DNA from: an uncultured virus (IMG/VR IMGVR_UViG_3300000553_000007)
Taxonomy: Duplodnaviria > Heunggongvirae > Uroviricota > Caudoviricetes
Virus record (IMG/VR): IMGVR_UViG_3300000553_000007
Direction: 5' to 3' (one strand)
DNA length: 64,000 nucleotides
This document shows positions 31,214-41,338 of this stretch, piece after piece. A program made the position numbers and the translations under genes. How positions within the stretch are numbered: position 1 is the first letter of the stretch; each line of letters begins with the position of its first letter. The notes below the pieces were generated by a model. The model worked only from the letters and a program-made list of their open reading frames with translations, had not been told where the DNA came from and did no database searches.

Positions 31214-32293
31214 TTAATTCTCAAATATCCTAATATTCCCATCTTCACATAGGAATATATCTCCATCTTCTAACAATACAATATTCTCGATAGGCGGTGG
31301 TGGAATACGTATTGGTGGTGGATTTGGAGAATTCAATAGATTACCAACGACTTCCGGCGGCGGAAGTATGACCACATCCTTTTGTAAATTTGGATAATTT
31401 TGATTACGCCACTTCTCGGTGTTAGGGTCTAACGATTCCATATTGAAATCTGTAGCCACTATTTCTTGTCCAATTATAATCTTTTTTGGAGTAAACCACT
31501 TATTATTCGTAGGTCTATTTCCTGAGAGAGTATGAACCACATCAGGTAGTAGATATCCATTGACTTTCAAATCAAATTCTACCTTCACCATTCTATCTTG
31601 TTCAACTTGTAATTCTACCGCATGGGAAAATGATTCCACATTAGTTCTAAATCTTAATCCTCTGGCTTCGCCCCAATAATCTCCGGTGTTATAATTGAAC
31701 TTCTCAACCAATTCGTTCATTTGTGAAATATATTCAGTCCAAATGATAAAATGATATGTAAATATCATGTGTTTAGGCATGAGAATATCATATACCTCAT
31801 TCACAGGAACATTTTGGCCTACCAAAATATTAAACTTAGTATATCTATTTTTAACCGAATTCCTCTGCATCACAGGATAGGTCAAATAACGATTAAACAT
31901 CGCCATTGACGTATCTCTTTCGGATGTGGTTCTTTCGAGAATTATAGCAGGCAATATCAATTTTCCATTATAATCACGAATAACTCCGTCTTTTTGTATA
32001 GATTTCCACTTTTCAGGAGAGCCAAAATAGAAAGGAACTTTGACTCTACTACCCTCATCGGTAACGGTCATCTGAAAAGCTTCTAGCTGTTTCATTATAG
32101 CGCCATCGATATCAGTCAGTGTGAAGTTTACATCTTTTTGATTGTCAGTGTCCCGTCTCGTCTGATGCGCACGATTTATCTCAATCTTCTTTTCGGTCAG
32201 ATTGGAAGATTCCTGTACCACCGCCTGACTAAAATCAGTAGATACATTTCCGATATTTGGTACCGGATTTTTGACGTCACCTTTCCAGGCCAT
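31214..32293 (-). CDS. Tail terminator/completion protein (gp15-like)
   Basis: DIDGAI, KVP..GSPEKW, LPAIIL.R, YHFIIWTEY..QMNELVE; follows the neck genes. Confidence 0.7.
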   Translation of the reverse strand: MAWKGDVKNPVPNIGNVSTDFSQAVVQESSNLTEKKIEINRAHQTRRDTDNQKDVNFTLTDIDGAIMKQLEAFQMTVTDEGSRVKVPFYFGSPEKWKSIQKDGVIRDYNGKLILPAIILERTTSERDTSMAMFNRYLTYPVMQRNSVKNRYTKFNILVGQNVPVNEVYDILMPKHMIFTYHFIIWTEYISQMNELVEKFNYNTGDYWGEARGLRFRTNVESFSHAVELQVEQDRMVKVEFDLKVNGYLLPDVVHTLSGNRPTNNKWFTPKKIIIGQEIVATDFNMESLDPNTEKWRNQNYPNLQKDVVILPPPEVVGNLLNSPNPPPIRIPPPPIENIVLLEDGDIFLCEDGNIRIFEN

Positions 32294-32294
32294 A

Positions 32295-32768
32295 TTATGT
32301 TTGTCTCTTTACAAGACCCAATTTACTTAGTCTTGCGTAATGGGTATTAACTATTATACTCCAAGATTTATCTGCTTGACCACCTAGAAATTGTTCTTGA
32401 ACCGTATTATCAATTTCATGGTAACGTTGATTAAATTCAACAATATCACCAACTTCTGGATAAATGTTAATAAGTTGTAAGTTGGCTTCTCTGAATTTAA
32501 ATACCACCGCCTGATTTCTGTCTGGACCAAATTGGTCATAAGATGTATCAATATCAGCTCGGTCAATCAAACAAGTACATTCAACTCCAGGATAAAATAC
32601 CTTACCTGTCTTCGAATCGGATTCTCCGTAGATATTAGTCGCCGTTTGGTCAGCGCATATTTTATAAATAAAAACTTGCGTCTGAATAATATCACCCATA
32701 AGCTCAGCATTTATACTGGCTATGAGTCTCATATCCCTTGGACTAAAATATCTACCTAAAGTTCCCAT
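32295..32768 (-). CDS. Neck/head-completion protein (gp14-like)
   Basis: TNIYGES, YPEVGDIV.FN.RYHEID. Confidence 0.7.
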   Translation of the reverse strand: MGTLGRYFSPRDMRLIASINAELMGDIIQTQVFIYKICADQTATNIYGESDSKTGKVFYPGVECTCLIDRADIDTSYDQFGPDRNQAVVFKFREANLQLINIYPEVGDIVEFNQRYHEIDNTVQEQFLGGQADKSWSIIVNTHYARLSKLGLVKRQT

Positions 32769-32769
32769 A

Positions 32770-33255
32770 TTATTTCTTCTGCCCGTGCATTTTAATTAGT
32801 TCGTTGCCTAATTCGGCAACCTTGTTTGGAAACCAATTACTTCTAACTCCAGATGGGCGGCCTGCGCCATTATCAGTAGCTAATTTGACTAATTCTTCGC
32901 CTATTTGCATCTCAGTTCGTTCTTCCGGATTACTCATATCAGTCTCATCATGTTCCTTTTTAAGAGGAAGGGTGTTAGCAGAATCTTTTACAAATTTAGC
33001 ATCTTCTTCATTGTCTTTATACCCAAATTCTTCGGCTAATATTCGAGCTTCTTGTAATGCAGTTCTCTTGGCGGTACTAACATCTTTGATATAACCCATA
33101 CCAACTGCCTCGACGTGGCTATAAGAAATCTTATCACCGGCATTCATGAAAACCTTTTTAAGTCCTGATGCAATGAGCGACTCATTCACGTCTTTACTTT
33201 CTTTCAACAATCTAAAATTGTTGCCGCCTCTATTTTCAAATAATTTTGTTTTCAT
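32770..33255 (-). CDS. Hypothetical protein with LxE leader
   Basis: MKTKLFEN..FRLLKES..VNES; tightly packed in the operon. Confidence 0.6.
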   Translation of the reverse strand: MKTKLFENRGGNNFRLLKESKDVNESLIASGLKKVFMNAGDKISYSHVEAVGMGYIKDVSTAKRTALQEARILAEEFGYKDNEEDAKFVKDSANTLPLKKEHDETDMSNPEERTEMQIGEELVKLATDNGAGRPSGVRSNWFPNKVAELGNELIKMHGQKK

Positions 33256-33258
33256 ATA

Positions 33259-33906
33259 TTATCTATCGGAATCACCGTAATCAGGTTCTATTTTACCTAT
33301 GGAATCCATGATTTGTGATTCTATTTTTTCACCATTGATTTTAATGTAATTGTTTACTGCTTGTTTAATCGACTCGAATTGTTCAGGAGAAAGTTTTTTA
33401 AAGTCGATTTTAGTTGGCTTTCCTTTTTCATGATGAATGTCAACCGAGACAAAATCCCAGTCGATAATATTCAAATCTGCGCCGACGGCGGGTGATGAAT
33501 ATTCCGGTGGGCCGCCCATTCCTGAGGCAGATTCTCCGGGATGTCCTTCATAATCAATATTTATGGTCGCCTCAATCATATCAGTATCAGTCGATAAACC
33601 AGGAATAATCAAACCCTCCAATTCGATTGGATAATTTTCATGTGTTCCCGTACTGGTATGTGATTTTTTATTAAAAAGTTCTTTTAACACCGTTTTAATT
33701 AACGGTTTCAGTTCTGATTTTTTCATATTAATAGATTCATTTAAACCAGGCTTCCACTTATCTTGTGGTTTAAAGTATTGGTTTTGAGCATTTGATGCTA
33801 CCGAACGGATGTATTCCCACATTCTAGGGTCACACAAATCTTCCGCTCGTTTGGTTTTGTTAATGATATCTAAAAGTATTTTTATGTAGTCGGTTGTTGG
33901 TTTCAT
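33259..33906 (-). CDS. Hypothetical protein with internal leader-like motif
   Basis: GLNESINMKKSELKPLIKTVLKE. Confidence 0.6.
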   Translation of the reverse strand: MKPTTDYIKILLDIINKTKRAEDLCDPRMWEYIRSVASNAQNQYFKPQDKWKPGLNESINMKKSELKPLIKTVLKELFNKKSHTSTGTHENYPIELEGLIIPGLSTDTDMIEATINIDYEGHPGESASGMGGPPEYSSPAVGADLNIIDWDFVSVDIHHEKGKPTKIDFKKLSPEQFESIKQAVNNYIKINGEKIESQIMDSIGKIEPDYGDSDR

Positions 33907-33907
33907 A

Positions 33908-35122
33908 TTATCCTATGTATATAAATAACGGGACTCTTTTCAAAGTCTCCTGCATTTGTTCTGATTGTAGAGCTTGATTTTCCATTTGTGATTTTTGACT
34001 GGATGCATCTAATGTCTCTCTTAATTGAGTCACTAAATCCGTCTTTTCCTGTTGGGCTTCATTTCTTAATTCGGCGCCATCCATAGTAACATCTCCACCT
34101 GGAATTGGAAGAGATTGATATTTTTGACGAATTGAACCCAATAATTCCTTACAAATCGCTAAAAAGTATTTACGAACCCATTGTTTACCAACGGAATTGA
34201 TGGTATTATATGTGACATTATTATATGGAATGTTAGATGCATCTGCAACGTAACTTCCCGTATAACCTGGGGTACTACTGGCCAAAGACCCACTTAATCT
34301 GTCATTTTTCAACATATAATTGAAATATACCTTGAATGAGTAGGTTGGAATTGGAAACAATTTTAATTTATTATTAACCAATTCAAATGAATATGCGGAT
34401 TTACGAACCATGTCGTTAAATTGAATAGCTTGACCTCGGAGTAAATCTTCAAAGATTGGAGTCATTAAAAATTGAACTGCTGGTGAATATGCGCCGAATC
34501 CCATTTCATTCATCACATTTGAATAACTCATACCGGTCATGGAAAACGGGTCATAAATACGGGCGAATGCTGGAGGCATATCATGAAAAATCCTCATTAC
34601 CTCAATACGGTTACAGTCTTCAAATTGATTTGCCCAAAGTTCTTGTAAATCATAGGTTTGTTGTAATGGTTGAGCTACCACGAATCCCTTTTTCCAACTA
34701 GCGTAACCACCCACCCCAACCTCAGTTCCATATCCCTTAGCCAATTCAATTATATAAGCCAATGGAGTCCCCGTTACCGCTCTTCCTGTTAGATTACCTA
34801 AATCCGATACTTTTTGTCCTTGGAATACTTGTAAGTAGTTACGTATGTTCCATTGATTGACTTGGGCAGAATACTCGTTCACAGATTCTTCGAACGCTGC
34901 ATAAAAGTTAACATCTAACATTTCTATATCAATTACCGGATATCCGAGTCTATATGCGGCCCATATGGCTGCGTTTTTTGCGTCTGCTTGAAATATAGCA
35001 TCATCATCATAGAATCCGAATGGCGTTCTACCGACCACGGAAGACCCACTACCAGGCCATCTAACTCGGTCTTGGTCGACCAAGGTCGTAGGATTTGTTA
35101 TAGGTTGTGTGATGTCGCTCAT
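33908..35122 (-). CDS. Neck protein (gp13-like head-tail adaptor)
   Basis: RLGYPVIDIEM, WVRKYFLAICKELLG.IR.KY, IPGGDVTMDG.EL..EA. Confidence 0.8.
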   Translation of the reverse strand: MSDITQPITNPTTLVDQDRVRWPGSGSSVVGRTPFGFYDDDAIFQADAKNAAIWAAYRLGYPVIDIEMLDVNFYAAFEESVNEYSAQVNQWNIRNYLQVFQGQKVSDLGNLTGRAVTGTPLAYIIELAKGYGTEVGVGGYASWKKGFVVAQPLQQTYDLQELWANQFEDCNRIEVMRIFHDMPPAFARIYDPFSMTGMSYSNVMNEMGFGAYSPAVQFLMTPIFEDLLRGQAIQFNDMVRKSAYSFELVNNKLKLFPIPTYSFKVYFNYMLKNDRLSGSLASSTPGYTGSYVADASNIPYNNVTYNTINSVGKQWVRKYFLAICKELLGSIRQKYQSLPIPGGDVTMDGAELRNEAQQEKTDLVTQLRETLDASSQKSQMENQALQSEQMQETLKRVPLFIYIG

Positions 35123-35144
35123 AAATTTAATAGGTATCTATTCG

Positions 35145-35182
35145 AATAAATATAGAATCCGAGCTCTTTACGACTATTTATT
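35145..35182. promoter_or_regulatory. Back-to-back TATTTATT motifs at the strand switch (putative divergent late promoters)
   Basis: Minus-strand TATTTATT at 35145-35152 faces the neck gene; plus-strand TATTTATT at 35175-35182 lies 4 nt before ATG 35187. Confidence 0.6.
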
Positions 35183-35186
35183 CCAT

Positions 35187-35744
35187 ATGATTAAACTAGG
35201 AAAACTTCTAAAAGAGATTATGGACGCAGTTCCGGCGACACCACAACAAAATGTTCAACCGGCTGTGACGAGTAATTTGTCGCCAGAATTTGTAAATTAT
35301 ATTAAATTTGTAGAAAATGGTCAAAAAGTTGGATTTGACCGAAATAAGAAATTGTGGTTTCCTCACAAATCATATGAAGGTGGATTGCCGACAATTGGAT
35401 ACGGACATAAAGTAAAAGATAATAATCAATTAACGGCTTTCAAAAAAGGTATAACTGATGATGCTGTGACACGACTTTTAACAAATGATTTGGCCGAAGC
35501 TAATAAAAAGGTTCACGAATATATCAAAAATAAATATAAAGTCAATCTAACTTTAACTCAGCGTCAGAATGAGATGTTGACTGATTTCGCTTTTAATTTA
35601 GGAAGTCTTGAGAAGTTTCCAAAATTTGTAGATGCGTTATTAAGAAATAATAATGAAGTCGTTAAGAAGGAATATAAACGATTCTCCAATGGAAAAGAAT
35701 TGACAGGAAGAAATACTGCATTTTACAATAGATTCTTGAAATAA
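35187..35744 (+). CDS. GH24 (T4-lysozyme-like) muramidase with MIKL leader
   Basis: IKFVEN..PTIGYGH..LL.NDL..A..DFAFNLG..L.KFPKF..AL..GRN; start MIKLGKLLKE at 35187. Confidence 0.85.
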   Translation: MIKLGKLLKEIMDAVPATPQQNVQPAVTSNLSPEFVNYIKFVENGQKVGFDRNKKLWFPHKSYEGGLPTIGYGHKVKDNNQLTAFKKGITDDAVTRLLTNDLAEANKKVHEYIKNKYKVNLTLTQRQNEMLTDFAFNLGSLEKFPKFVDALLRNNNEVVKKEYKRFSNGKELTGRNTAFYNRFLK

Positions 35745-35747
35745 GAA

Positions 35748-35776
35748 TTGATATTTTTTAACTTGTGTAGTATAAT
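35748..35776 (+). promoter_or_regulatory. Sigma70-type promoter of the GIY-YIG gene
   Basis: TTGATA-17 nt-TATAAT, 6 nt before ATG 35783. Confidence 0.7.
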
Positions 35777-35782
35777 AACAGT

Positions 35783-36391
35783 ATGATTGGAATAATTTAT
35801 AAAATAACCAATGTGTTGAATAATAAAATTTATATTGGTATAACCGCCAAGTCTTTAAATAAAAGACGGCAACAACACATTCAATGGAGTAAACATAAAA
35901 AGAGATTATATGTTATTCATAAGGCCATTAACAAATATGGGACGGATAATTTTCTATTTGAATCAATAGATAATTTTAATGGAAATGATGATGGTTGTCA
36001 AAAAGAAATAAAGTATATTTCTTTATATAATTCATTTATTCCTAATGGATATAATATGACTTTGGGTGGTGAAGGTGTATTGGGTCACGTTCATCCGCAC
36101 TCCAAAGAAACAAAAAATAAAATTTCATCAACTATGATGGGAATTAAAAAGAGCGAAGAAACAAAGAAAAATATGATATTGGCCCAAAAAGAAAGAAAAA
36201 CGTGGTTTAAATATAATCACTCTGATGATATTAAGAAAATAATATCTGAAAAAATGAAGCAGATTCCTCACAAAAAGATGTCAGAAGAAACTAAATCTAA
36301 ATTGAGGATAATTAATTTAGGAAAAAAACAGTCAATCGAAACCATTGAAAAGAGAAGATTATCTTTTATAAATAGAAGAAAAAAGTTATGA
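35783..36391 (+). CDS. GIY-YIG homing endonuclease with NUMOD3 motifs
   Basis: GIIYKITN..KIYIG, GYNMTLGGEG, HSKETKNKIS-type repeats. Confidence 0.9.
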   Translation: MIGIIYKITNVLNNKIYIGITAKSLNKRRQQHIQWSKHKKRLYVIHKAINKYGTDNFLFESIDNFNGNDDGCQKEIKYISLYNSFIPNGYNMTLGGEGVLGHVHPHSKETKNKISSTMMGIKKSEETKKNMILAQKERKTWFKYNHSDDIKKIISEKMKQIPHKKMSEETKSKLRIINLGKKQSIETIEKRRLSFINRRKKL

Positions 36392-37827
36392 AAAGTTTTT
36401 TAAAAACTCTTATATTTGAAGAAATTAAAGAAAAGACAGCATTATCATATTTGGAAGAGCTGGTTAAATCCGGCCCATTTAAAGGGAGAGTATTTCTTGC
36501 CGGAGGCGCCGTGAGAGATATGGAAATGGGCCTCACACCCAAAGATTTAGATGTAGTAGTTACCGGTGATATTAATTCAGGAATGGAATTTGCCGTATGG
36601 GCAACAAAAACAATGGGGAATTATAAAGAAGGTTCAAATCCAGTTTTATTTCCTACATATGGAACTGCGAAATTTACTCTAATAGGAATAACATACAAAG
36701 GTGTAGATTTGTCTGATATGGACATAGAATCTGTAGCCACTAGAAAAGAAAAATATACACATGGAAGTAGAAAACCAACAGTGACCGGAGGCGAATTAAA
36801 AGATGACGTCGACCGCCGAGATTTTACTGTGAACAGTCTTTTGAAAGATTTATCGTCAGGAGAAGTTTTAGATTTGACTGGATTAGGTAAAGCCGATATC
36901 AAGGCTGGTATCGTAAGAACCCCATTGAATCCTGATACAATTTTCACAGACGACCCACTTCGTATGTTGAGGGCTATACGATTTACAGTCAAATACGAAT
37001 GGAAACTTCCGATGTTTATGTTGAGAAGTTTGAAAAAAAATGCCGCCCAACTTAAAAACATTTCACAAGAAAGAGTTCGAGATGAATTAAATAAAATGTT
37101 GGTCACCGGACATCCGGATAAGGCAATTAAGATGTTAAAGGTGACGGGATTACTTCCATTTGTAATTCCTGAATTAATTCCTGCGGTAAAGATGTTACAA
37201 AATAAACATCACAAGGCTGATGTATTTCAACATACATTAGACGTATTAAGTAAAACTCAACCGATACTGGTTCAGAGATTAATGGGATTATTTCACGATA
37301 TTGGTAAGACCGTTACTAAAACCGTTGACCCTGATACTGGCGGTGTTCATTTCTATGGTCATGAAATGGCTGGAGAAAATATGGTTGAAACTGTAATGTC
37401 TAGATTAAAATACCCAAAGGAATTAATTGATGCTGTAAAATTAGGCGTTCGTAATCACATGCGTCTAAAACAAGCAGGAGATACCGGCGTCAAGATGAAA
37501 GATTCAACATTGTTAAAGTTTCGTAAAGAAATGGGAGAACAACTGGAGAATATATTAAATTTGATGCATGCAGACAACATCGCACATTCCGAGGCATCTT
37601 CAATGCCAAATCAAATTGCCGGCGTAAGACAGAGATTAGAGAAATTAAAAGATGTTCCTGTTAAACCTATCAAGCCAATATCAGGTTCGGATTTACAACA
37701 ATTGGGATTGAAGCCAGGACCAATATTTACAGAAATTATGAATGCGGTTACCGATGCTTGGTATGAGAATCCTGGCCTAAGTAAAGAAGAGGCTTTAGAA
37801 ATTGCCAAGAAGATAGCCAAATTATGA
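36388..37827 (+). CDS. cca: Class II CCA-adding tRNA nucleotidyltransferase with HD domain
   Basis: LAGGAVRD..PKDLDVVV, RKEKY..GSRKP, DDVDRRDFTVN, DDPLRMLRAIRF, ISQERVRDEL, HH..DVFQHT, LFHDIGK, HFYGHE. Confidence 0.92.
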   Translation: MKSFLKTLIFEEIKEKTALSYLEELVKSGPFKGRVFLAGGAVRDMEMGLTPKDLDVVVTGDINSGMEFAVWATKTMGNYKEGSNPVLFPTYGTAKFTLIGITYKGVDLSDMDIESVATRKEKYTHGSRKPTVTGGELKDDVDRRDFTVNSLLKDLSSGEVLDLTGLGKADIKAGIVRTPLNPDTIFTDDPLRMLRAIRFTVKYEWKLPMFMLRSLKKNAAQLKNISQERVRDELNKMLVTGHPDKAIKMLKVTGLLPFVIPELIPAVKMLQNKHHKADVFQHTLDVLSKTQPILVQRLMGLFHDIGKTVTKTVDPDTGGVHFYGHEMAGENMVETVMSRLKYPKELIDAVKLGVRNHMRLKQAGDTGVKMKDSTLLKFRKEMGEQLENILNLMHADNIAHSEASSMPNQIAGVRQRLEKLKDVPVKPIKPISGSDLQQLGLKPGPIFTEIMNAVTDAWYENPGLSKEEALEIAKKIAKL

Positions 37828-38954
37828 TTAAATTATCGACGTTAATTTTAGAATCCAAACAAGGTATAGTCAATCTTGGTTATCCTGAAATTATTGCGTC
37901 GATACTATATGAGAAATTCGGTAATTTGGCGACTCTTATGGCGAAGTGGTATAGAGAATTTAAAACGTCAAAAATTGATAAAAATTGGTTTCGAGATGTT
38001 CATTATAGAACGTCTAATCATATAGGGTTATTTGATATGGTAAATATGTATTATTACACAGATACTCCTGAACATTATTTTAAAGAACGAAAACGTCTTG
38101 GTCTTGATGTTGGAGATTATACTGTGGATGATATATCTCCTGAATATTTGAGAAAACAAAAAATATTGTGGAAAAATGAAATCACGCAGGATTTTTTAGC
38201 ATCTAATTTTTTCACGCGTGATACTTTAATAACCGATATTATTAATAAAAGTCTTAAAGATATTGCCCCATATAAACATTTGACATTTTGGCAAGCCATT
38301 CTTAAATATGACGAACGTCGAATCTTTAAAGATAAGGTTCCATTAAAAGTCTATGATGATGGGTATAAGTGGATAAATGTCGGTTCTAAATGTCATTTGA
38401 TGGGACACTATATGTCCAACTGTGGAAGTTCAGGCTTAATGAGTGGTGATAAAGATAGAACGTTATTAGGATTATTTGACGTAAATAATAAACCACATGT
38501 CATCGTAACATATTCACCAAATGAGAAACGAATCAGTGGAGATGAGGGGCCAGGATATTCAGAAGTTAAATCCAAATATCATGATTACGTTTTGGATTTA
38601 GCCAAATTATTAGGAGCTAATTTTGATATAGGCAAATCAAAATCAAAATCATTATCATTGAAATATAGATTAAAAGATAAAGGAAGTAATCTTAAAAGAT
38701 TAGACCCGTATTGTACGTCGTTCGATGAATATTTCCGATTTAATATGGGTTCCGACGTATATTACACCAATTGTTATGAGGTTATATCATTGGAAGATAT
38801 GAAAAAAATAAGAGATGCAATAAAAGAGAAAAAAATTAAATTTACACATCATCCTAAGAACATAATTGAAGCGGCGTTCGATTCCTATAATAAACCAGCC
38901 ACCCAATCTATAGGTGTAAAATATCTAAGTTTCTACGATTTACTAAATAAATAA
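37824..38954 (+). CDS. Hypothetical protein with PcfJ-like motif and MIKL leader
   Basis: MIKLSTLILES; DGYKW..MGHYMSNCG..LFD.NNKPHV. Confidence 0.55.
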   Translation: MIKLSTLILESKQGIVNLGYPEIIASILYEKFGNLATLMAKWYREFKTSKIDKNWFRDVHYRTSNHIGLFDMVNMYYYTDTPEHYFKERKRLGLDVGDYTVDDISPEYLRKQKILWKNEITQDFLASNFFTRDTLITDIINKSLKDIAPYKHLTFWQAILKYDERRIFKDKVPLKVYDDGYKWINVGSKCHLMGHYMSNCGSSGLMSGDKDRTLLGLFDVNNKPHVIVTYSPNEKRISGDEGPGYSEVKSKYHDYVLDLAKLLGANFDIGKSKSKSLSLKYRLKDKGSNLKRLDPYCTSFDEYFRFNMGSDVYYTNCYEVISLEDMKKIRDAIKEKKIKFTHHPKNIIEAAFDSYNKPATQSIGVKYLSFYDLLNK

Positions 38955-38957
38955 AGT

Positions 38958-40511
38958 ATGATTAAATTAAAAAACATATTGTTTGAAGGTCATTATCCTG
39001 TCGTCGTTGGTATTATAACGATGGATGGACAAATCAAATCTATGGAGACGGATAGGACGCATGGGGATTTAAATTTTAAACGTGGAATATGTTGGAGATA
39101 TAATCCAAGTAAGAAAACTACGTATTGGCATGGAGATGAAAGTGAACATGATGAGGCCGATGAAATTAATGTCGATTCACATTTACAGAAAAAATATGGA
39201 TACACAGTAAATAGAAATATTACTTTAGGTGGTAGTGAGTCTATGGATAATATGGAATTATATGGAAAACACCACAACGACGCGCATGGAGTTTATAGAT
39301 TAAATGAATCGCACGAAGATACTCCAATTCAAAAAGAATCCGAATCTCTCAGACGACAATTAGAACAAAAATACCCACAACTGGAAGATTTATTTTTTTA
39401 TGTTTCTTGGAATAATGTTCTTAATATTTCAGCATTACGAGTGAAGTCGGAATTTAGAGGTACCGGAATCGGTACATCAGTAATGGGAGAAATAATAAAA
39501 TTTGCAGATAAACATAAATTACCAATCGTTTTATCACCCGGACCGGAACGAGGAAAAAAAGAGAAATTGGATAGATTCTATAAAAAATTAGGATTTGTAA
39601 CCAACAAAGGAAGAAACCGAGATTATAGATTATCGTCGGCATTTGGTAAAACTATGTATAGAAGACCCATGAACGAAGGTTTTGAACTGCCATCTGACAC
39701 CGATACTAAGTCTGAAATTTTGTCTAGATTTATAGCATCATTTTTCTTAAATTATTTTAAAACCAAGATATCCAACACTAAAACAAAATCCGACCAATCG
39801 ATTGTAAAATACAACATGTATTATAGATTGGCAAAACAATATAGAGAAGCTGGTAAACATCTATTCAAAGTAACCAAGGATAATTCTAAAACGTATTGGG
39901 GTAAGGCCGATTATAAACTTACATCAAAAGATGAAAGTATGCCTAATGTTATTGTAAAAATGTATGATGGTAATACCACCGACGTACAAGGATATGTCGA
40001 TGATACCGATATGACCAATATAAAGAATATTTACATTGTGGTATTTAAATCTAAATTCATTAACACGTTTAATAAAGCTACGGAAGAATTAACTGATACC
40101 ATCAAACATGAAGTAAGGCATTGGGTTCAATTTAAAACTCAAACAGGATTACCAAAAGAAAAAATCTTGAATAGAGATACTGACGTTTTGGGAAATTATT
40201 TACATGACATTTCACCAAAGGATATGCCCGGATTAAAATACAAAGCGGGTAGAGAACAACACCATATGAGAGATATTGAATTTAAAACCAATGTTCATAC
40301 ATATGCGTTTTATATAAAACAATATCTTAATAAGAATGTAGAAAAGAATATGTGGGCTAGGAGATTTAAGAGTATTGTAAATGGAGTTCCTGCCTATACC
40401 GGACTTGAACGCATGGATTTTATAATCGATAATCTCGGTAGTATGAAAAAGAAAGATGATACTAGATGGAAACAATTTGTTAAAGAACTTTATAAACTTA
40501 TATTTTTATGA
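38958..40511 (+). CDS. Three-module protein: 'WRY' domain, GNAT acetyltransferase, HExxH metallopeptidase-like domain
   Basis: MIKLKNILFE leader; WRYNP..TTYW; RLNES; LRVKSEFRGTGIGT..LDRFYKKLGF; PMNEG; TIKHEVRHWVQ. Confidence 0.75.
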   Translation: MIKLKNILFEGHYPVVVGIITMDGQIKSMETDRTHGDLNFKRGICWRYNPSKKTTYWHGDESEHDEADEINVDSHLQKKYGYTVNRNITLGGSESMDNMELYGKHHNDAHGVYRLNESHEDTPIQKESESLRRQLEQKYPQLEDLFFYVSWNNVLNISALRVKSEFRGTGIGTSVMGEIIKFADKHKLPIVLSPGPERGKKEKLDRFYKKLGFVTNKGRNRDYRLSSAFGKTMYRRPMNEGFELPSDTDTKSEILSRFIASFFLNYFKTKISNTKTKSDQSIVKYNMYYRLAKQYREAGKHLFKVTKDNSKTYWGKADYKLTSKDESMPNVIVKMYDGNTTDVQGYVDDTDMTNIKNIYIVVFKSKFINTFNKATEELTDTIKHEVRHWVQFKTQTGLPKEKILNRDTDVLGNYLHDISPKDMPGLKYKAGREQHHMRDIEFKTNVHTYAFYIKQYLNKNVEKNMWARRFKSIVNGVPAYTGLERMDFIIDNLGSMKKKDDTRWKQFVKELYKLIFL

Positions 40512-41287
40512 TAAATCTAAAAGAGATGTTAATTGAAAGACAGGTAAACCAATCTGAACGACTTGGATGTTTAATGGCAATGGTCGATGAATCCACCACC
40601 AAAACACTAATGGAATTCAGTAGGAAGTTAATAACGGATGATGATTTATATCATAAAATCGACGATAATGGTGAGGATGAATTTGGTAGAGAAGATGAAT
40701 GTCATATAACTATACGTTATGGATTCACTAAAGATTTAAATGAATTGGATGTTAGACAATTATTGAAAGGTCATAAAGAATGTTTGGTAGAAATAACCGG
40801 ACTAGATATTTTTGACACAAATCCAGAATACGATGTGGTGAAATTTAATATTGATTCTCCGGTTTTAACTCAACTGAACACGATATCAGGAATTTATCCG
40901 AACAAAACTAATTTTCCAGATTATCATCCACATCTTACGTTGGCTTATGTCAAAAAGGGAACATTTCCACACAAGAAAAAATTACAAATGGAAATACCGA
41001 TAACATCCGTATGTTATTCGCCCATATCAGGAGCCAAGAGTTATTTCACATTAGATATGGAGTCGGTAAGTGAGACGGTTGAATCTCCAAAAATTGATGC
41101 TAAAATTGAAGAATTGGAATTAGAGTGGGATAGACTAGATTCTATTGGTACGGGAGTTAAGAGACAACACGACATAACTCAAGAGATTGCACGACTTAAA
41201 AAAATAAAAGAACCAAGAGAAAAATTAGACCCCAATTCACCAAAAGTAAAAGATATGTGGGCATCATTACACAATCAAATAAAATGA
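40508..41287 (+). CDS. 2H phosphoesterase (LigT/Acb1-like)
   Basis: Two HxT motifs, ECHITIRYG and YHPHLTLAY; leader MINLKEMLIE. Confidence 0.85.
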   Translation: MINLKEMLIERQVNQSERLGCLMAMVDESTTKTLMEFSRKLITDDDLYHKIDDNGEDEFGREDECHITIRYGFTKDLNELDVRQLLKGHKECLVEITGLDIFDTNPEYDVVKFNIDSPVLTQLNTISGIYPNKTNFPDYHPHLTLAYVKKGTFPHKKKLQMEIPITSVCYSPISGAKSYFTLDMESVSETVESPKIDAKIEELELEWDRLDSIGTGVKRQHDITQEIARLKKIKEPREKLDPNSPKVKDMWASLHNQIK

Positions 41288-41338
41288 TATCTTGTAGGAA
41301 AAGATACGACTAACATAATATTTTGATATTTATAACCA

